DNA of 49,487 nt, filler included, from Sphacelaria rigidula (Eukaryota): the NCBI GenBank assembly GCA_964200075.2. It is 2 parts of 2 records of this genome, joined end to end, with 100 filler letters (N's around TTAATTAATTAA, not from the genome) between each part and the next. Parts side by side here need not be neighbours in the genome. Positions count along the whole stretch, not along the records: positions 24,798 to 49,487 come from CAXNAA020000194.1; 1 more part is not named here. The stretch is one strand, 5' to 3'. This document shows, one piece after another, positions 36,401 through 49,239 of the stretch (positions within the stretch are counted from its first letter, which is position 1; the number at the start of each line of letters is the position of its first letter). The position numbers and the translations under genes were made by a program. The notes beneath the pieces are model-generated. The model made no database searches. It saw nothing but the letters and a program-made list of their open reading frames with translations, and had not been told where the DNA came from.

Positions 36401-39400
36401 CCCTCCCGCCGTGAAAGGTATAGGGGATCGTTCAGGACTGAGCCATACACTCGAACCACCTTTCATGGATGATTTTCAGGTAAATTCTCGACACTAAAAA
36501 CATAAGCGGTTCAACAGTAATAAACCGTATTGTATAGGTGGGTCACTGTACACCAACTCATGTTTGGGCAGAAGGTCTTATGCAAAAACACAAAACTCTG
36601 GATTTTCTATCACAGTATGTGGACCTCCCGACATGATGCCATGATGACATGATGAATACATCTACCGTGCATATCATGGATGATGGTATACAGGAGGAGC
36701 GGCAGTACAAGGAAGCCCAGAACGCGTTGCGGAGACAATCCATGGCTCGACGCCGTTTGTCGGACATGCGCAGGGCGGTGGTGGAGGCCAACATCCGGGC
36801 GCGTGATCGGGAGCGGGAAGCGGACATGCAGGCGTCCATCAAAGCGGGGGATTTGGACGCCAAGGCCTATCGCGAGGTGCGTACGCTGTCGGAGTCTTGA
36901 CTTTTGCTCATTCGCTCGTCGTGTGAAAGCGATGTGTATATATGAAAACCCTACATGTAGGTCACCACTGAAATTTGCAAGAATTCCCCTCAGATTACCG
37001 CCCGAAACAATGATCCTCAGCTTGTTTTTGTGGTTTATTAATAAACCGCACTAGTCGGGCACTACCGTTTGGTGTTGGTGTTTTGAAATATATTTTTGGT
37101 GTGTTTGAGCTGATTTAGTTGATTGTGTGTCATGATGATTAATTCCGTCTACTCTTTCATCGTTCGAGAATCGACTACGAGCTGGGCCAGCTGACAATGA
37201 TTTTCGAACGAAGAGTGGAGATGCCATTGGTAATTCGGAGGGTTAGGCGCTGAAATTTTTACACGACATTTTTCTCATCAACCCTTAACCCTATCGGGGG
37301 TGCAGAGCAAACAAAAAAAACAGGGAGTTGAAGCGACTTGACGTTTCAGTAAAAACAGGAAAAATGCCGTAACTTCTCTAAAAAATGATGGAAACGACGA
37401 CAACGCTCCAGCACACACGGGCACTCGCGTTAACGACATTATGGTGACGTTTCGGCCAAAATTACCCCCAATTATGTGCGGCATCGCACTTTTCGTGTGA
37501 CACGACCACGCCCATTCAATTCAAGTGATACAGTGACTCCAATTATAGAGGTCACGAGTTCGAATCCCGACAGGTTCTCATTTTTTTTTCGTCCGTCGTT
37601 GAGGTCATAGAGTGTGTGCAGTACATTTTTTTTCTTCATTCAGCAGCGGTGACCTGTATTACCAGGTTGGTCTGCACTGAAGTCACAGCGAAATCTCGAG
37701 TCGCTCTGATTTGGAAAACTTGAGAAGTTGTGGTGTGGAAAGGGAATGCGGGATTTACTGCTGGCCCAGCTCATGGTAATATTAAATAGTTTAATGTCAC
37801 GAAATGCTGTACTGGGAGCTAAGTGTCATCTTTGGTGGGACATGAATTGTGTGCCATGACGTTCAGCTTCACTTCCCGTGTTCTTGCTGGCCATCTCAGC
37901 GCGGAACGATCGGCCCAAATGACGGTATGCGATGCACTTGTAGCGATCGAGAAGGTTTCCGTCATGTCTTGGATGTTTTCCAGAGTGCCGCCTTTCACTG
38001 GAATTCAAAATTAATAACAATGAGCGTTGAATTTTTTTCGAGAAATGGCGCCTAGTTCCTTGAAGTACAACTTTCGGGGGCAGTAGGTAACGGTCGTTCG
38101 TTGCCCCAGATGGTCTCATTTTTGTCGTCATGTTGATTCTTCAGTCCTCGTCCGTCTAGCTCATCTGCGGCCCTACTCTTCGCGGTGTTTATCCGTCGCG
38201 TGGGAGACTCATCGATCCACGGCTGCTCTCACTGACCTTGCACGTATTTTTCTCATCTACGGAACTTTGATTTGATAGATTGATGATTGATTGTGGCACA
38301 CTAACATCCTTTTGAAGAAGCAAAACGTTACCTTTGCGGCGAAGGTTGAACTTTTCCCCCATCGTGATTCTGTCATCTGTCTTTGAGACACCCAAGAGGC
38401 AGTGTACAAGTCGTGGCTGTCCCTCCAAGTGGCGATACCAGAAGATGAAGCAACTCATTGTAGGCTGTTATCCAAATGCAGGATAATCACTAGGCTTCGG
38501 GCCGAACAATCTCAGCAGGATGCAGCTCACCATTCATGCGACACTCCAAACACACCACGGTGCTTCGCGCTTGGTGCTTGATTGCGAGCCTGGTCCGGCG
38601 AAAACCCGACTCGCTTCGTCCCGGCTTTGTAGGGATGCGAGGTCAACGGTATCACGACCATGACATGCAAGATCATAAGTACACCCCCATGGTGGCTCTG
38701 TGGTTCTTGAATCCGAGCAACTGTCCCCCCCTGTCTGAGGAGCGCCACAACAAGATGTGCATCGATTGTCAATGAATTGAGACCCGTACACAGCCTAGCC
38801 AGAGCAAAGAGGTCGCACCCGCAGGTAAAAGTTTGTTTGTTTTTTCCTCCCACTTTGAACCCTTACCTTTCCTCGGGATAAGTCCGTCGTCTACTAGTCT
38901 CAAGGGATCAACCCATCTCTCCCCCGGTTCGCGCCTTACATTTTGGTCTCGCGGATTGGGTCAGCAATCCCGCACCGCGTCAACTCACGTCACACAAATC
39001 CAGTCGACTGCTTTGTTAACGCACGTTCTCACGCTTTCCACGGTGGAAATCATACATAACGAAGAAAAAACCCAACGCATCTGGAATCAAACATTCGTTC
39101 TCTCCACCCTAATGACGACAGTCGGACCATTACACCACCGGGTCGCAGCGGCAAAGAAAAGTATGTCGACTAAATTAGGAAGTGTATGTGTGCCTTCGCG
39201 TTTGATTTGCAGGTATGCATCCGACGGCAGCGCGAGTCATTAGACGGAAGGCGCAAGGCCATGCAAGAGGAAAAGGCGATGGACCAAGTGTTGGAGGAGC
39301 TGAATCTCGAGATTGAGGGCGAAGAGAAGATTTTGGGCGAGCTCGTGAGGGCCGACATTCAGGTACGGGCTAGTTGTGGGAGTTCGGGCTAGCGCGTCTA

Positions 39401-42400
39401 TGGGCGGTGCTCTGTTGATACCCGGTACTCCTTGTATCGACGGGGGATTTGACCGTGTCCATTTTGCGGTCTTTGTTTGTTCCCTTGGTTGCACGGAGGG
39501 TGGTTGTGACGGAACAGGTGATTCTGTCGTTGTCGTACGCATACATTTCACCGACCCCAGGAAGCTAGCTTGTAGACTTGTCCGTGGGTGGTGACAATGT
39601 TTTGGATAGCTAGGAGGGTAACAGCTCCTCTCCGTTTGTGACGTATCTACTGCTGTGCTTTGCCAACGACGTTGGATATTGGAGCAATCCTATGTGTGAA
39701 CCATGGACTTCGTTTCAAGAGCCATTTTGTAACTTTAATCCCCATACAAAATCAGGATAAGTAAGGATTAGGTGCGCGACTAGTGCAACGATCCAGGGCA
39801 CAAATCACCCTCTCGCGCGGGGTGTACTCATGATATGGTATGCCGTAGTCATAGGACGGACCAGTGACCTTGCATCCCTACAAAGCTGGGACGGAGCACG
39901 CCGAGTTTTCGCCGGACTAGGCTCTCATTGGGGGGTAGGGAGATCGGTGACTTAACCGTACGGTACAGTTTGTGCGAGATGGCGTGTTTGCGTGTAGAAA
40001 TAAGAAAATTTTGCAGGCTGAAGTGCTTCTTCAATGTTTTTCGTCCCCCTCCGCCAGACGGTGATTGAGACCACTGTTTTTTTGCACTCTGGTGACTTCT
40101 CCTTTATCGTATTGAAGGGAGGTCTCCGTCTCACGCTTGAGCGATATAGGTCGTGAGTCACGAGTCGTACCCTACGGCTATGATGCGTTGGGCGCATGAG
40201 ATTGGTTGTCAAATTGTTGAAAGATACGGTACTATGCGACAATTTTGCCGATATGGGGCATTTTCCGTTGTTTGTTTTCATGTGTCGGTTGCGGTTTGTT
40301 TCTCCAGGCCGCAGGCTGTTGTGCAACATGTAATCTACAAACATTTCGCACACCCTGGCAGTAGTACATCTAGCTTTATGTAGCTATCGCAGGTGGCCAG
40401 TCCCAAAGGTCAATGTGGACATGACCGGCCAAGAAGAGGAAGATGAAATAATACTCGCCAGTAACCATGGGATACTGCACGAGCAACATGCCCTTCGCGT
40501 TGACAGTCTGCACTGAGTATTCTACAACACTGTTTTAACGACAGTACAGTGTCGGCAAGGCGAGCATGTACTCGGCACATGAATAAATGCACGGCGTGTC
40601 ATATTTATTTTTTTCTGTGAAGGCTCACAAGGAAGAGCTGGCGATGATGGAGAAGGCCGAGGAGGAGTTCCGGCGGCGGGAAATGATCCGCGAGCGAGAG
40701 CTTAAGCAAGATAGCGCGGTCAAGCAAAAGCAGGAACAAGACACGGAGCGCAGGTGTGTGGTGTCTGGGGCAGAAGCAGCTACGAACCATAGATGATCCG
40801 TTACGCACCATGTTGTTTGTGCACTATAATAGGTGACCGGGCCTGCACATGGCGTCCCCATAGCAAGTTGGCCCATCTACTTGTACCGCTACGCTGTTCA
40901 TCGCTAGACAGCCAGCACTCCGTGAGCCTGATGACAACCGTGACTAGTGGAAGAGATGGTTATGCTTTTGGCGTTGCGCCTTGCAATGATTTTTTGTGGT
41001 GCCGCTGGTGTCATGGTGATAGATTTGCGTGCTCTCGTGTGTATTATTTGCAGGTTGCTCATGGAGGACAGAGACAGCGTTGCCGCGCACAAGAGGCAGG
41101 AGGAAGAAGCGGAGCTCGAGAGGTAGACAACTACAAGAGCTGTGTTTTTGGGCCCGTGCTGTTCGTTGTGCAGGCAGATTTTCTCTCGTTCTCGTCCTAC
41201 TTGTTCGTAATACTTGTGTCATTTAACGTGCGCCTACAGTACTCCATCACATCACATCAAGAGTCGTCGGTGACGGTATAGTGGATCGGAAGCCCGTGCG
41301 CTATGGTCAATGATGTTTGTCATGTCATGTTCAGTTGTTTTTTGCGTCGGATGTCGCTCTGCTGTTCTTGTATGTGTGAAACGACAGCTCTTCCTTCAGG
41401 GGTAGTAAAATGTCCAGTCAACACCGTTGGCAGGGGGTTGTAGCACAAGTTTGCGCGTTTGATCTCGCGGTACGCTATTCATGTATCCGCGCAATCGCCC
41501 CCGGTAGCAGAGCAGCACCCCGACAAAATTCTTTCGACTCACGTCCATGCCCCCGAAAAATGATGTACTGTACAGTACCCATATTCAATCGGAGGTGTAC
41601 GTACCAAAAGATTTACAGTCGCAATATCCGCGTACAATTCGATTTTTTGCCGGGGTTTTTTTCCGGCAGGCTGGAGGCACTGAGGGAGCTCCCGTCAGAA
41701 ACCACCAAGCTGGAAATTCTTGAGGCTATCTGGAACAAGCAAAAGCACCCGGCCGCTGACGCTGCGGCGCGGGGTCGCAACCGCACGAACCTGAGAACGG
41801 TGCAGGAAGGGGTTCATGAAGAGGACGAGGAGGATTCCTTCGAGATCAGAAGCAATAGGATCGCCAACCTCCTTAACAACAGCAGAGTAGGCACCATCGG
41901 AAGCAGCAGCAGTAGCAGTAGCAGTGGCATGGGCATTCAGGGTAGGGTGAGCATGGCGGGCAGCCTGGACAGTATTCTCGACGCGATGAGGAAGACGAAC
42001 GATAGTGATAGCAGCAGTGCCGATGGAGACGGAGAGAAGATAGCCGGTCAAGAGGAGACCGTCAACGACGTTGGGGATGTGCGAGATTTGGGAGGTTTTG
42101 CAGAATTGGAAGGTGGTGTGGAGGCGGAAGAGCCCGGAGGACTGGACTGTTCTGCCGTGTCGTTCGTGTCGGAATCGCAAGTAGGACTTCTCGGAAATGT
42201 CCGACTTGAAGAAGATGACGGTCCCGAGAATAATCAGATCGTGTCAGGGCACGTCAGCGAAGACCTAGGATGGGGCGACAACATTCTGGCATCGATATCA
42301 GCAGCGGAAGCTGAGGATGGTGTGGATGACCCAGCTACGGTTAATGTTGACATATCACTCAACATCAGTGAGAACTCGAACGATGATGGCTCTGCTGTCG

Positions 42401-43464
42401 TTGAGGCAAGGGGGGAAGGTAAAACACCTGCAGGCGACCATCCCGCTGAGATGGCATCAGATGCTGAGGACACCGGGGATGCCTCTGCCTCGTCAGAGAA
42501 TTCTCCTCATGTGGGGACAGAGAACGGAGAGAAAGGTTGCGTGGCAATCTATGGGGGTCTCGAGGTTGAGGGAAATGACGCTGGTGTTGACGTGACCGTC
42601 GGGGAAGAGTCAGGTATGGCCGCCTCGGCTGCTCTGGCGTGGGGAGAACTAAGCGGAATCGAATCACAAGCGTCGCTGTCCATGACCATGAAGGAGCCTC
42701 GTGAGCAAGATGAGGGTGCAGCTACACAGGGCATGGGCTTCGTTGCGGAAGGCGAAAGCTTTGCAGATGATTCCGCCGTTGCAAGAACAGAGGATGGAGA
42801 GCGTGATAGCGTAGGTAGCCATAGCCCCGTCGTTCGGATGCTGACATTCTCGCCAACCAAGCACGCCACCCACGAGGATAACCTCCGGGCCACGGATATG
42901 AGGAACGGAGACCACGCGCATGATGACAGTGCCGGGAAGCAAGCTACCAAAGAGCCAATCGTTGAGCCGGCGTCAGCTTTCGAGGGTAGCCCCGAGGAAC
43001 CGGATGGGAGAGGACAGCAAGACGTGATGATGGGAGGCGAACCCAACTGCGCCGGGAGGGAAGACGGCGATAACGTGTTGATGCTGTCCCGTTCGGGACC
43101 AGGCGTAAGGGCAAGCGTGACCGAGGCGTCTCACGAGGACGAAAACGGGAGAGAAAAATGTGAAGACAGCAGTCCCACGGGGTCTCTTGAGTCTCTGGAG
43201 CACAACGGTACGCTCGCCTCGCTCGACGGAAACGATGTGTCTTCGATCATGATGTTGTCGGGGCTCAATGCGTCCGCGATTGATGAAGATGGCAAGGGCT
43301 GCGGGGTGCCGCGGGAGGCGGAGGAGGAGGGACATGAAGACCGTATGCGTTGTGAAAAGAGCGCTGTCGGGGGAACCCCTACAAAGTTGGACAGGGGGGT
43401 GGAGGAGGTTGGCGGTGTTGCGGTCGCCTCACCTGCCACACCGATTACTCCCAATGGCGACTGA
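30948..43464 (+). CDS. Uncharacterised coiled-coil protein (Glu/Arg/Lys/Gln-rich rod plus ~590-aa acidic disordered tail); confident 3' part, 12 exons
   Basis: Phase-consistent GT-AG exons: 30948-31025, 31439-31585, 31756-31854, 32283-32372, 33002-33133, 34129-34229, 36241-36346, 36694-36876, 39213-39362, 40623-40753, 41054-41122, 41670-43464 (3081 nt, divisible by 3, no internal stop). Translations are helical and charged (e.g. MKRAALAKQAELKAERQRSLQERQ, AHKEELAMMEKAEEEFRRREMIRERELKQ). No family recognised. Confidence 0.85.
33396..33451. repeat. (CA)28 microsatellite, intronic
   Basis: Direct reading. Confidence 0.95.
35796..36057 (-). mobile_element. Repeat family C, copy 3 (inverted)
   Basis: CGAACCGGCGATGATTCGTCCGAGCAGTGCA at ~36027-36057 and TTAATGATTCGTCTGGAAATTACTTGATTTT at ~35813-35843 are reverse complements of the family ends. 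Confidence 0.75.
38390..38690 (+). repeat. Dispersed repeat family A, intronic copy
   Basis: 38494-38690 matches 8685-8870; 38390-38495 matches 49381-49487. Confidence 0.75.
39818..39924 (-). repeat. Dispersed repeat family A, inverted partial copy
   Basis: The reverse complement of 39865-39924 matches 38586-38645 at 52/60 positions, with looser similarity out to the GGGGTGTACTCATGAT end. Confidence 0.8.
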
Positions 43465-44874
43465 CGTGACTGAGTAGGATTGGAGTGAGGAACGGATACT
43501 GATATGTCCTTTGCGGGCCATGTAGCCACGGCTACCATGAAGATGCCAGCTCATCTCTGTGCATCCGTTGGCTAGATTATATATAAACAGGTAAATGCCG
43601 TGGTACCTCAGAATTGCTTCCCATGTGTTTCTCCCTGTATGCAGTAGTGATGAGTCAAAGTGACGACACAGTCCAGGACTCTAGGTTCCGAGAGAAAAAG
43701 CATATCACAAATACAAGAGGCGTCCGGGGAACGTATAACATGTAGCGTACTTTAGTCCACTGAGATATTCCTTCAACGTATTAGTATGCATGATGCATGT
43801 TCAAACCAGAACAACCGTTTGTGTGCTGCGTATAGGCAAAGTAGTACAGAGATGAGCAATACAAGGAAATGTCGTGAAGGGGGGGGGGAGGGGGGGCGTA
43901 CTCATTTGTTGTTTGCCTTAGTCATTTGACCATTGACCACGCATCCCTTTCGAGACGGGGGGAGGGGGGTGGCTCAAGCAGCACGAGTCGTGAGCAGGAC
44001 GAATACGAGGCGATACCGTTGGATGCACATCATGCATTCTACTGTAGGAAATACATATATTTATGACCGATTACATCGCACAGTGTATGTACACCGGGCT
44101 GTGTCGATTGTACCGCCGTGCCTTTTGCTGAATTAGATGGAAGTGATGCAGATATCCCGGGTATTAGCAAAAATACGGCATTCGGAGGATCGTCTTATGT
44201 AAAGTTGACAGAGAAAAAATCGCGTTCAAATGGTACAGGGTCGGAGGGGTAGTAGTAGCAAGTAGCCAAATATTTCTTCTCTTTCGTGTGTGGATTTGAT
44301 TGACTCGTGTGTTGGCGTGTTTTTAATGTATTGTGAGTGCAGCATAAAAACTACATAATTTACTGCCTTGATTGGCGCTACAGGTACTATGCGGTTTCTT
44401 GTTCACCCGTTGTACGGAAATCCGTGCACTTTCCGAGGTGGTCGCGGAGGCAGCGTGACCGCTCAGCTTACTCGACAACCAAGTGGTAACAGTGACTCTT
44501 GCTTCTACGTACTGTATCGATGGGCGCCACGGGAGATCGGCACTTTCGACCTCAAGGGCGTCAACATGGCTCAGGCAGTCCCAATCGCTAAAGCCGACTA
44601 CACCGGTGACTGCATACTCTACCGAGCTCCATCGAATATAGCTTCACACTCGGCAGTCACCATCTCACCATGGTGTGGAGAATCATCACACAGCAAGTAT
44701 CGGAACTTTGGGAGGAACGAAAGGATGAAACTTTTCACGTACCCCACAGGGGAGCAGTAAGAGGCATCGTTGCGCCCCACCGCCAATCTCAGGCCTTAAC
44801 TTAGGCCACTTCGGTTCTTTACTTGAAAACATCCGCGCCACGAAATAGCAAAGAGCACAAAACTTCCACCCGCC

Positions 44875-47800
44875 CTACACTGCCGCTGCCTTTCCAAATA
44901 GCAGCAGCAATAACGCCATTCGCACGAACATCCCATACTGCTCGTCATCAAAACGTCACGTCACACGTCGGACAAAAGGGGCAAGAGGGGGACGAAAATA
45001 AGGGGGTCAAGTCCAGCTGACTGTTCCAGTGTGTGGCACCATCCATAGTTGCGAAGAGGTTAGTCAGGCGCATGCGTGGCAATTCAAAAACGAAAAAGAA
45101 GCAATCGAAAACACGGCTGAACACGATGAGTGGAAAACGCTCGAAAATGGTCGATGGGCAAAGACGCCTGTTCGGAGGCTACAACGGTTGTGGGACCGTT
45201 TCCTACGGTTGGGTTCTTTGTTGTTGTATTTTTCAGCTTTGGGACATTTGATTCGGCCTTCGACCCCCAAACAAGACATATCGCCATCACATGTCTTGCA
45301 CACTTTGAATCACCACACCGAGAGGAGTCTAAGCCACTTTTCAGATTATCTTGGCTCCGAGGTTTCGAGGACGGTTTCTGAACAAAAATCCAGCGAGGAG
45401 TGAAAAAAATGTAAGCACGATGTAGAAAAATCGAATGATCACAGAAACCTACAGACACCGTGTTTTTCATGTCAGTTGGATTTTTCTTCAGAGGTCATTA
45501 TCGAAACCTCAGAGCTTCGGAATATGGGCTAGACTCCTCTCGGTGGGATGATGCAAAGTGTCCAAGACATGTGGTGGAGATGTTCCTTGTTTGAGGGGTC
45601 AAAAACTGGACCGAATGTCCCAGAACTGAAAAATCCATCCCTCCCCAAAAAGAGTAATAAAGAAACAGTAAAGAGGAAAAACGTGAGGAACGGTCTGAGT
45701 GGAAAACGGCAAAATCGGCACATCGTGATGCCTCTATCACTTCTTCGGATTCTGATTCCGTAAAGGGGCAAAATACGCGGTGAGATTTGGTGGGGCCCGT
45801 ATCCTCACTCCAGGCTTGTCACCCCAGCAGCAGACTGACTACTATACTCACGGTGTAGTGTAACAAATTATGTGACGAACATACGCGTGGCGAGCGGGTG
45901 AAAAAGGAACGAAAATTACCGACAACAGTGCATCTTTGGGTGCCTTGAGATGGTGCGAAGAGGGTCTTAGCTCTTGAAGGAGTGATGTGATGAAAAGGCA
46001 CGACATGGGATACACGAACACCCACGAAAAACGAAAAGCACGATCAGTAGTTCAGACGTCACAAACTGCACGCAAAAAAGGCTTCTTGCCGCAAGGGGAA
46101 ATCGTTCACCGTGTCAACACCCCCGACAACAAGCGACTTATTCGGACGCCTTGACAAAAACAAACGAAGCAAAGTTGCAACCCTGTACCAATCAATCCCG
46201 GATTCGTACTCTGGCACGTCTCATAGACCTACTGTAGCTATACCTCCATTTGTCGGAAATAAGCAGCTCGTGGGTCCAAGTCGCAATCCTCCGGGATCTC
46301 TCCTACCCTGGGTAAGGGGTGCATCAAAACGGTGCTGGCCTTGGCCTTGCTCATCAGTTCCGGTGTTATCCGGTAGAATCCCTTCACCGCCTCGAATTCC
46401 TGCGATTTGTGATTAACCAACGCACAACAGAAACAAAAGGTGACAACATAGGACAACCAAAGACACTACGGTAATGGTGGTGCTGCACACATCGACGGCA
46501 GTTTGTACTCGTAGAAATGTATGTCGTGGCTTCAAGGCCGACAGAGCCCTTGTCTATTTTGTATACATCACACGTCCAATTCCTGCACGTGAGCACCAGA
46601 GTAGTGACCGCATCGTTGAAGCCGGTGAAGGTCGAGTCCACGGGGTTCACGGGTGCTGATACATGACCGATCATAGATCATAGATAATAGATCATAGAAG
46701 AGCATAGAGTGCAAGGCCGAGATACTGAACACCACAGGGGAAAGACTGTTTTGGTTTATTTGCCCTCCAAGATGGGAAAAATCGGTGGCGCTCGACATCA
46801 AAGAGCAGCAACCATGTGGCGTCCATGAATTTTGGCGACCAACTCGCGTACACTCGACACGTACCTCGGGGGATATATGGGTTGGTCGATCTGGCTTCTG
46901 GGACTACCGCATGTAGGGCATGAACTAGTCCCGAGGACAGGGGATCGACGGAGGGAAACAAGATAGATCCCGTCACGTGATATATGTGTACATCTGATGG
47001 ATTTTGTCTTCTTCAACGCCATCACTGGCTTCAGCATAGAGAGAATTTACGCATGGAATGTAGCGGCGACCGGTGTTAGGTACCGCAGAGCTGGACACGC
47101 AGGGGAAGTCGTTAAACTGTTTCAATGCCGAAAATCATCGTTTCCTCATTTCCGGTGAATCTACAAACATCAATGTCAACGTTTGTAATCGACTTGGTTT
47201 GAATATACCGTGCCAATGCTCCCAAGCAATCACATCAAAATATCTACAAATGTAAGCTGATGAGTCCTAACCATAAGACAGACACTCACGGCAGGGTGCT
47301 CCTTCTAAAAGGTAGTATCCACACAAGGAGTATACATGTACGAATTTCCTGCCCAGGGCGCTCACGGCGAAAACGCACACATGTGATGCTTATTATGGCC
47401 ACGGCTGGATTTGTACGAGTTGGATCTTCCTACAAACTGATATTCCCTTGACTGGTACTGGACAAATCTCAAAAACGGCAGCGAGATATCGCCAAGTAAA
47501 TACATAGCTTGCAATGCAATTGAGTTCGTTATGACAACAAAACAATGTCGAGTGCCACTATAATAATAGAGTGGGTTAATTATGGGGCGGAACTGGCAGA
47601 AAATGCGGCGGATATAGTTTCCAAAAGCGCGGCGGATTTTTCTGCCTGTGCTTGGAACGCTGCTGCGGCCCTTGCTTACATCACCCGCACGCTATGGAAG
47701 ATGGCGTCAAGCCTGTCGAGCGATCAGGCTGGTAACGAACCTCTGTCTCCCACCATTTTTCACGATAGGGGGCGCGACAAGTGACAGTTGAGGGTACGTT

Positions 47801-48697
47801 ACACAGTCAAGGCTACGGGGGAGGATCGCGAGTAATTTTTCTCCTTGAAACCAGCCTCCAAGCACTGCTCGGGCAAAAAAGTCCATGAGCGGGGCACTTT
47901 TTTAAACTTTGAGGCGGGATTTTCGGATAGACAACACATAGATGGGCATATCCTCGAGACCCGAAATTATGCTTCGATTTTTTTCCTCACCTCAAGGGAG
48001 GGTGAAAACAGCCCAGAAATTCACGTCGGCCGGGAATGGAGTTGAACAAAAAAACACAATACTTGCATATAATATATATATATATGTACATGATTCCAGA
48101 GAGCCGGTAGGCCTATGTGCTGTATATCTGGAGCAAAGGTTCCCTCGAAACTAAAAAAAATGCGCCACGCATGGCCAGTGTCCTGTTTAGGCGGAGTTTT
48201 GGCCAGCTCAGCTCGTAGAGGGTGAGTTAATGCGAGACAACCATTATATCAACCATTATATCAGCGGTCTACGACACCTTTTCGTTTTAACAGGCAGTGT
48301 CATGTCACGCGTACAACGCGGAAGGTGACGCGCCGCGCACCTAGACTTAAGGACAGGTCATTCTCCACAACGAATATATCCATGTAAGCACAAAAAACAG
48401 AACGACAAGCAACAACCACGAGAACCAAGAAACACTAAACAAAAACGAGGCCGGCTGTTTTTCACAAAGTTTGGGTTGCTCAAAATCGCACGCTGTATTG
48501 CGGCCACCACAAAAAAATAGAAGCCGACTTCGATTACCCCGCTGACAGCACTAAATTGTCGTGCTGCCCTTTTTCGGTCGCGCTCACCTCACTTGATGCG
48601 AATCGCTCCTGTTGAATTCTCGTGACATAAAGCACGTCGGCTTCCTCCACTACTTCATTCACTCTCTCATGCGTGGTTTGTACCACACCAGCTGCCC
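44875..48697 (-). CDS. pyrB: Aspartate carbamoyltransferase, C-terminal part (last three exons; 5' part lies beyond the window; stand-alone ATCase or end of a CAD/URA2-type protein)
   Basis: Minus-strand exons 48697-48588 (..[20 protein letters not shown]), 46399-46244 ([52 protein letters not shown]) and 44937-44875 ([20 protein letters not shown]). DVLYxTRIQxER, HPLPR and AAYFRQ..GM.VRMALL are diagnostic ATCase motifs; splice sites are canonical. Confidence 0.93.
45194..45695. repeat. Long imperfect inverted repeat (foldback/MITE-like) in the last ATCase intron
   Basis: Arms ~45194-45368 and ~45501-45695, e.g. CACATGTCTTGCACACTTTG..ACCGAGAGGAGTCTA / TAGACTCCTCTCGGT..CAAAGTGTCCAAGACATGTG. 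Confidence 0.8.
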
Positions 48698-49239
48698 CTG
48701 AAGAGGACACCTACCCCCGAGTTGGGGGGGGGTCATGACAGGGGGCGAGAAAGGAGGTGGCGCAGCCGTATTTTCGAGCACATTGGTGTCGATGGAGCAA
48801 CGGTTGAAACATCGGGTTCCTGACAACGTTTCTGCTGGAATTCTCAAGTGTTCTGACAATTCGTTGTCCCGTAAAGACTGTGCAACTTCGGTTACAGTAG
48901 TTAACAGCCTCCGCTGCATCGTGTCGTTCTCTACTTGCTATTCTTCTCGTCAGCATCATGACCTTCTTTTGACCCAGCAAAATATCATGTCAGTGTCAAC
49001 CTCAATGTCCACTTCAATTGACTTCCCCTGAAGCATTCGATCTTGCGTTATTTCCCACACAAAAACCCTTGCAATATTTGAGAGTTAGCTTCGGTGCGGT
49101 CGTGTACATGCATATCCTGAAATCCTCAGTATCTCCCACCGATCGATACCCCAGATACCTCGGATATTCCGTGGTAGTGTCGGTCGATACTTTGGGTACC
49201 CTTCGAATAGTCACTTCCCCTCCCCCCCCCCTCGTCCAC

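Noticed and set aside
41410..41669. N-terminal 87 codons of the 684-aa ORF as a separate gene start
   Set aside because: Intronic read-through; a pyrimidine tract plus CAG at 41667-41669 joins in phase with the upstream exon.
45819..46025. Minus ORF ending VSLLLG* as the ATCase last exon
   Set aside because: Lacks GMxVRMALL; the true last exon is 44937-44875.
47545..47784. 79-aa Ala-rich ORF antisense within an ATCase intron
   Set aside because: No recognisable motif or splice context; length is within chance expectation.
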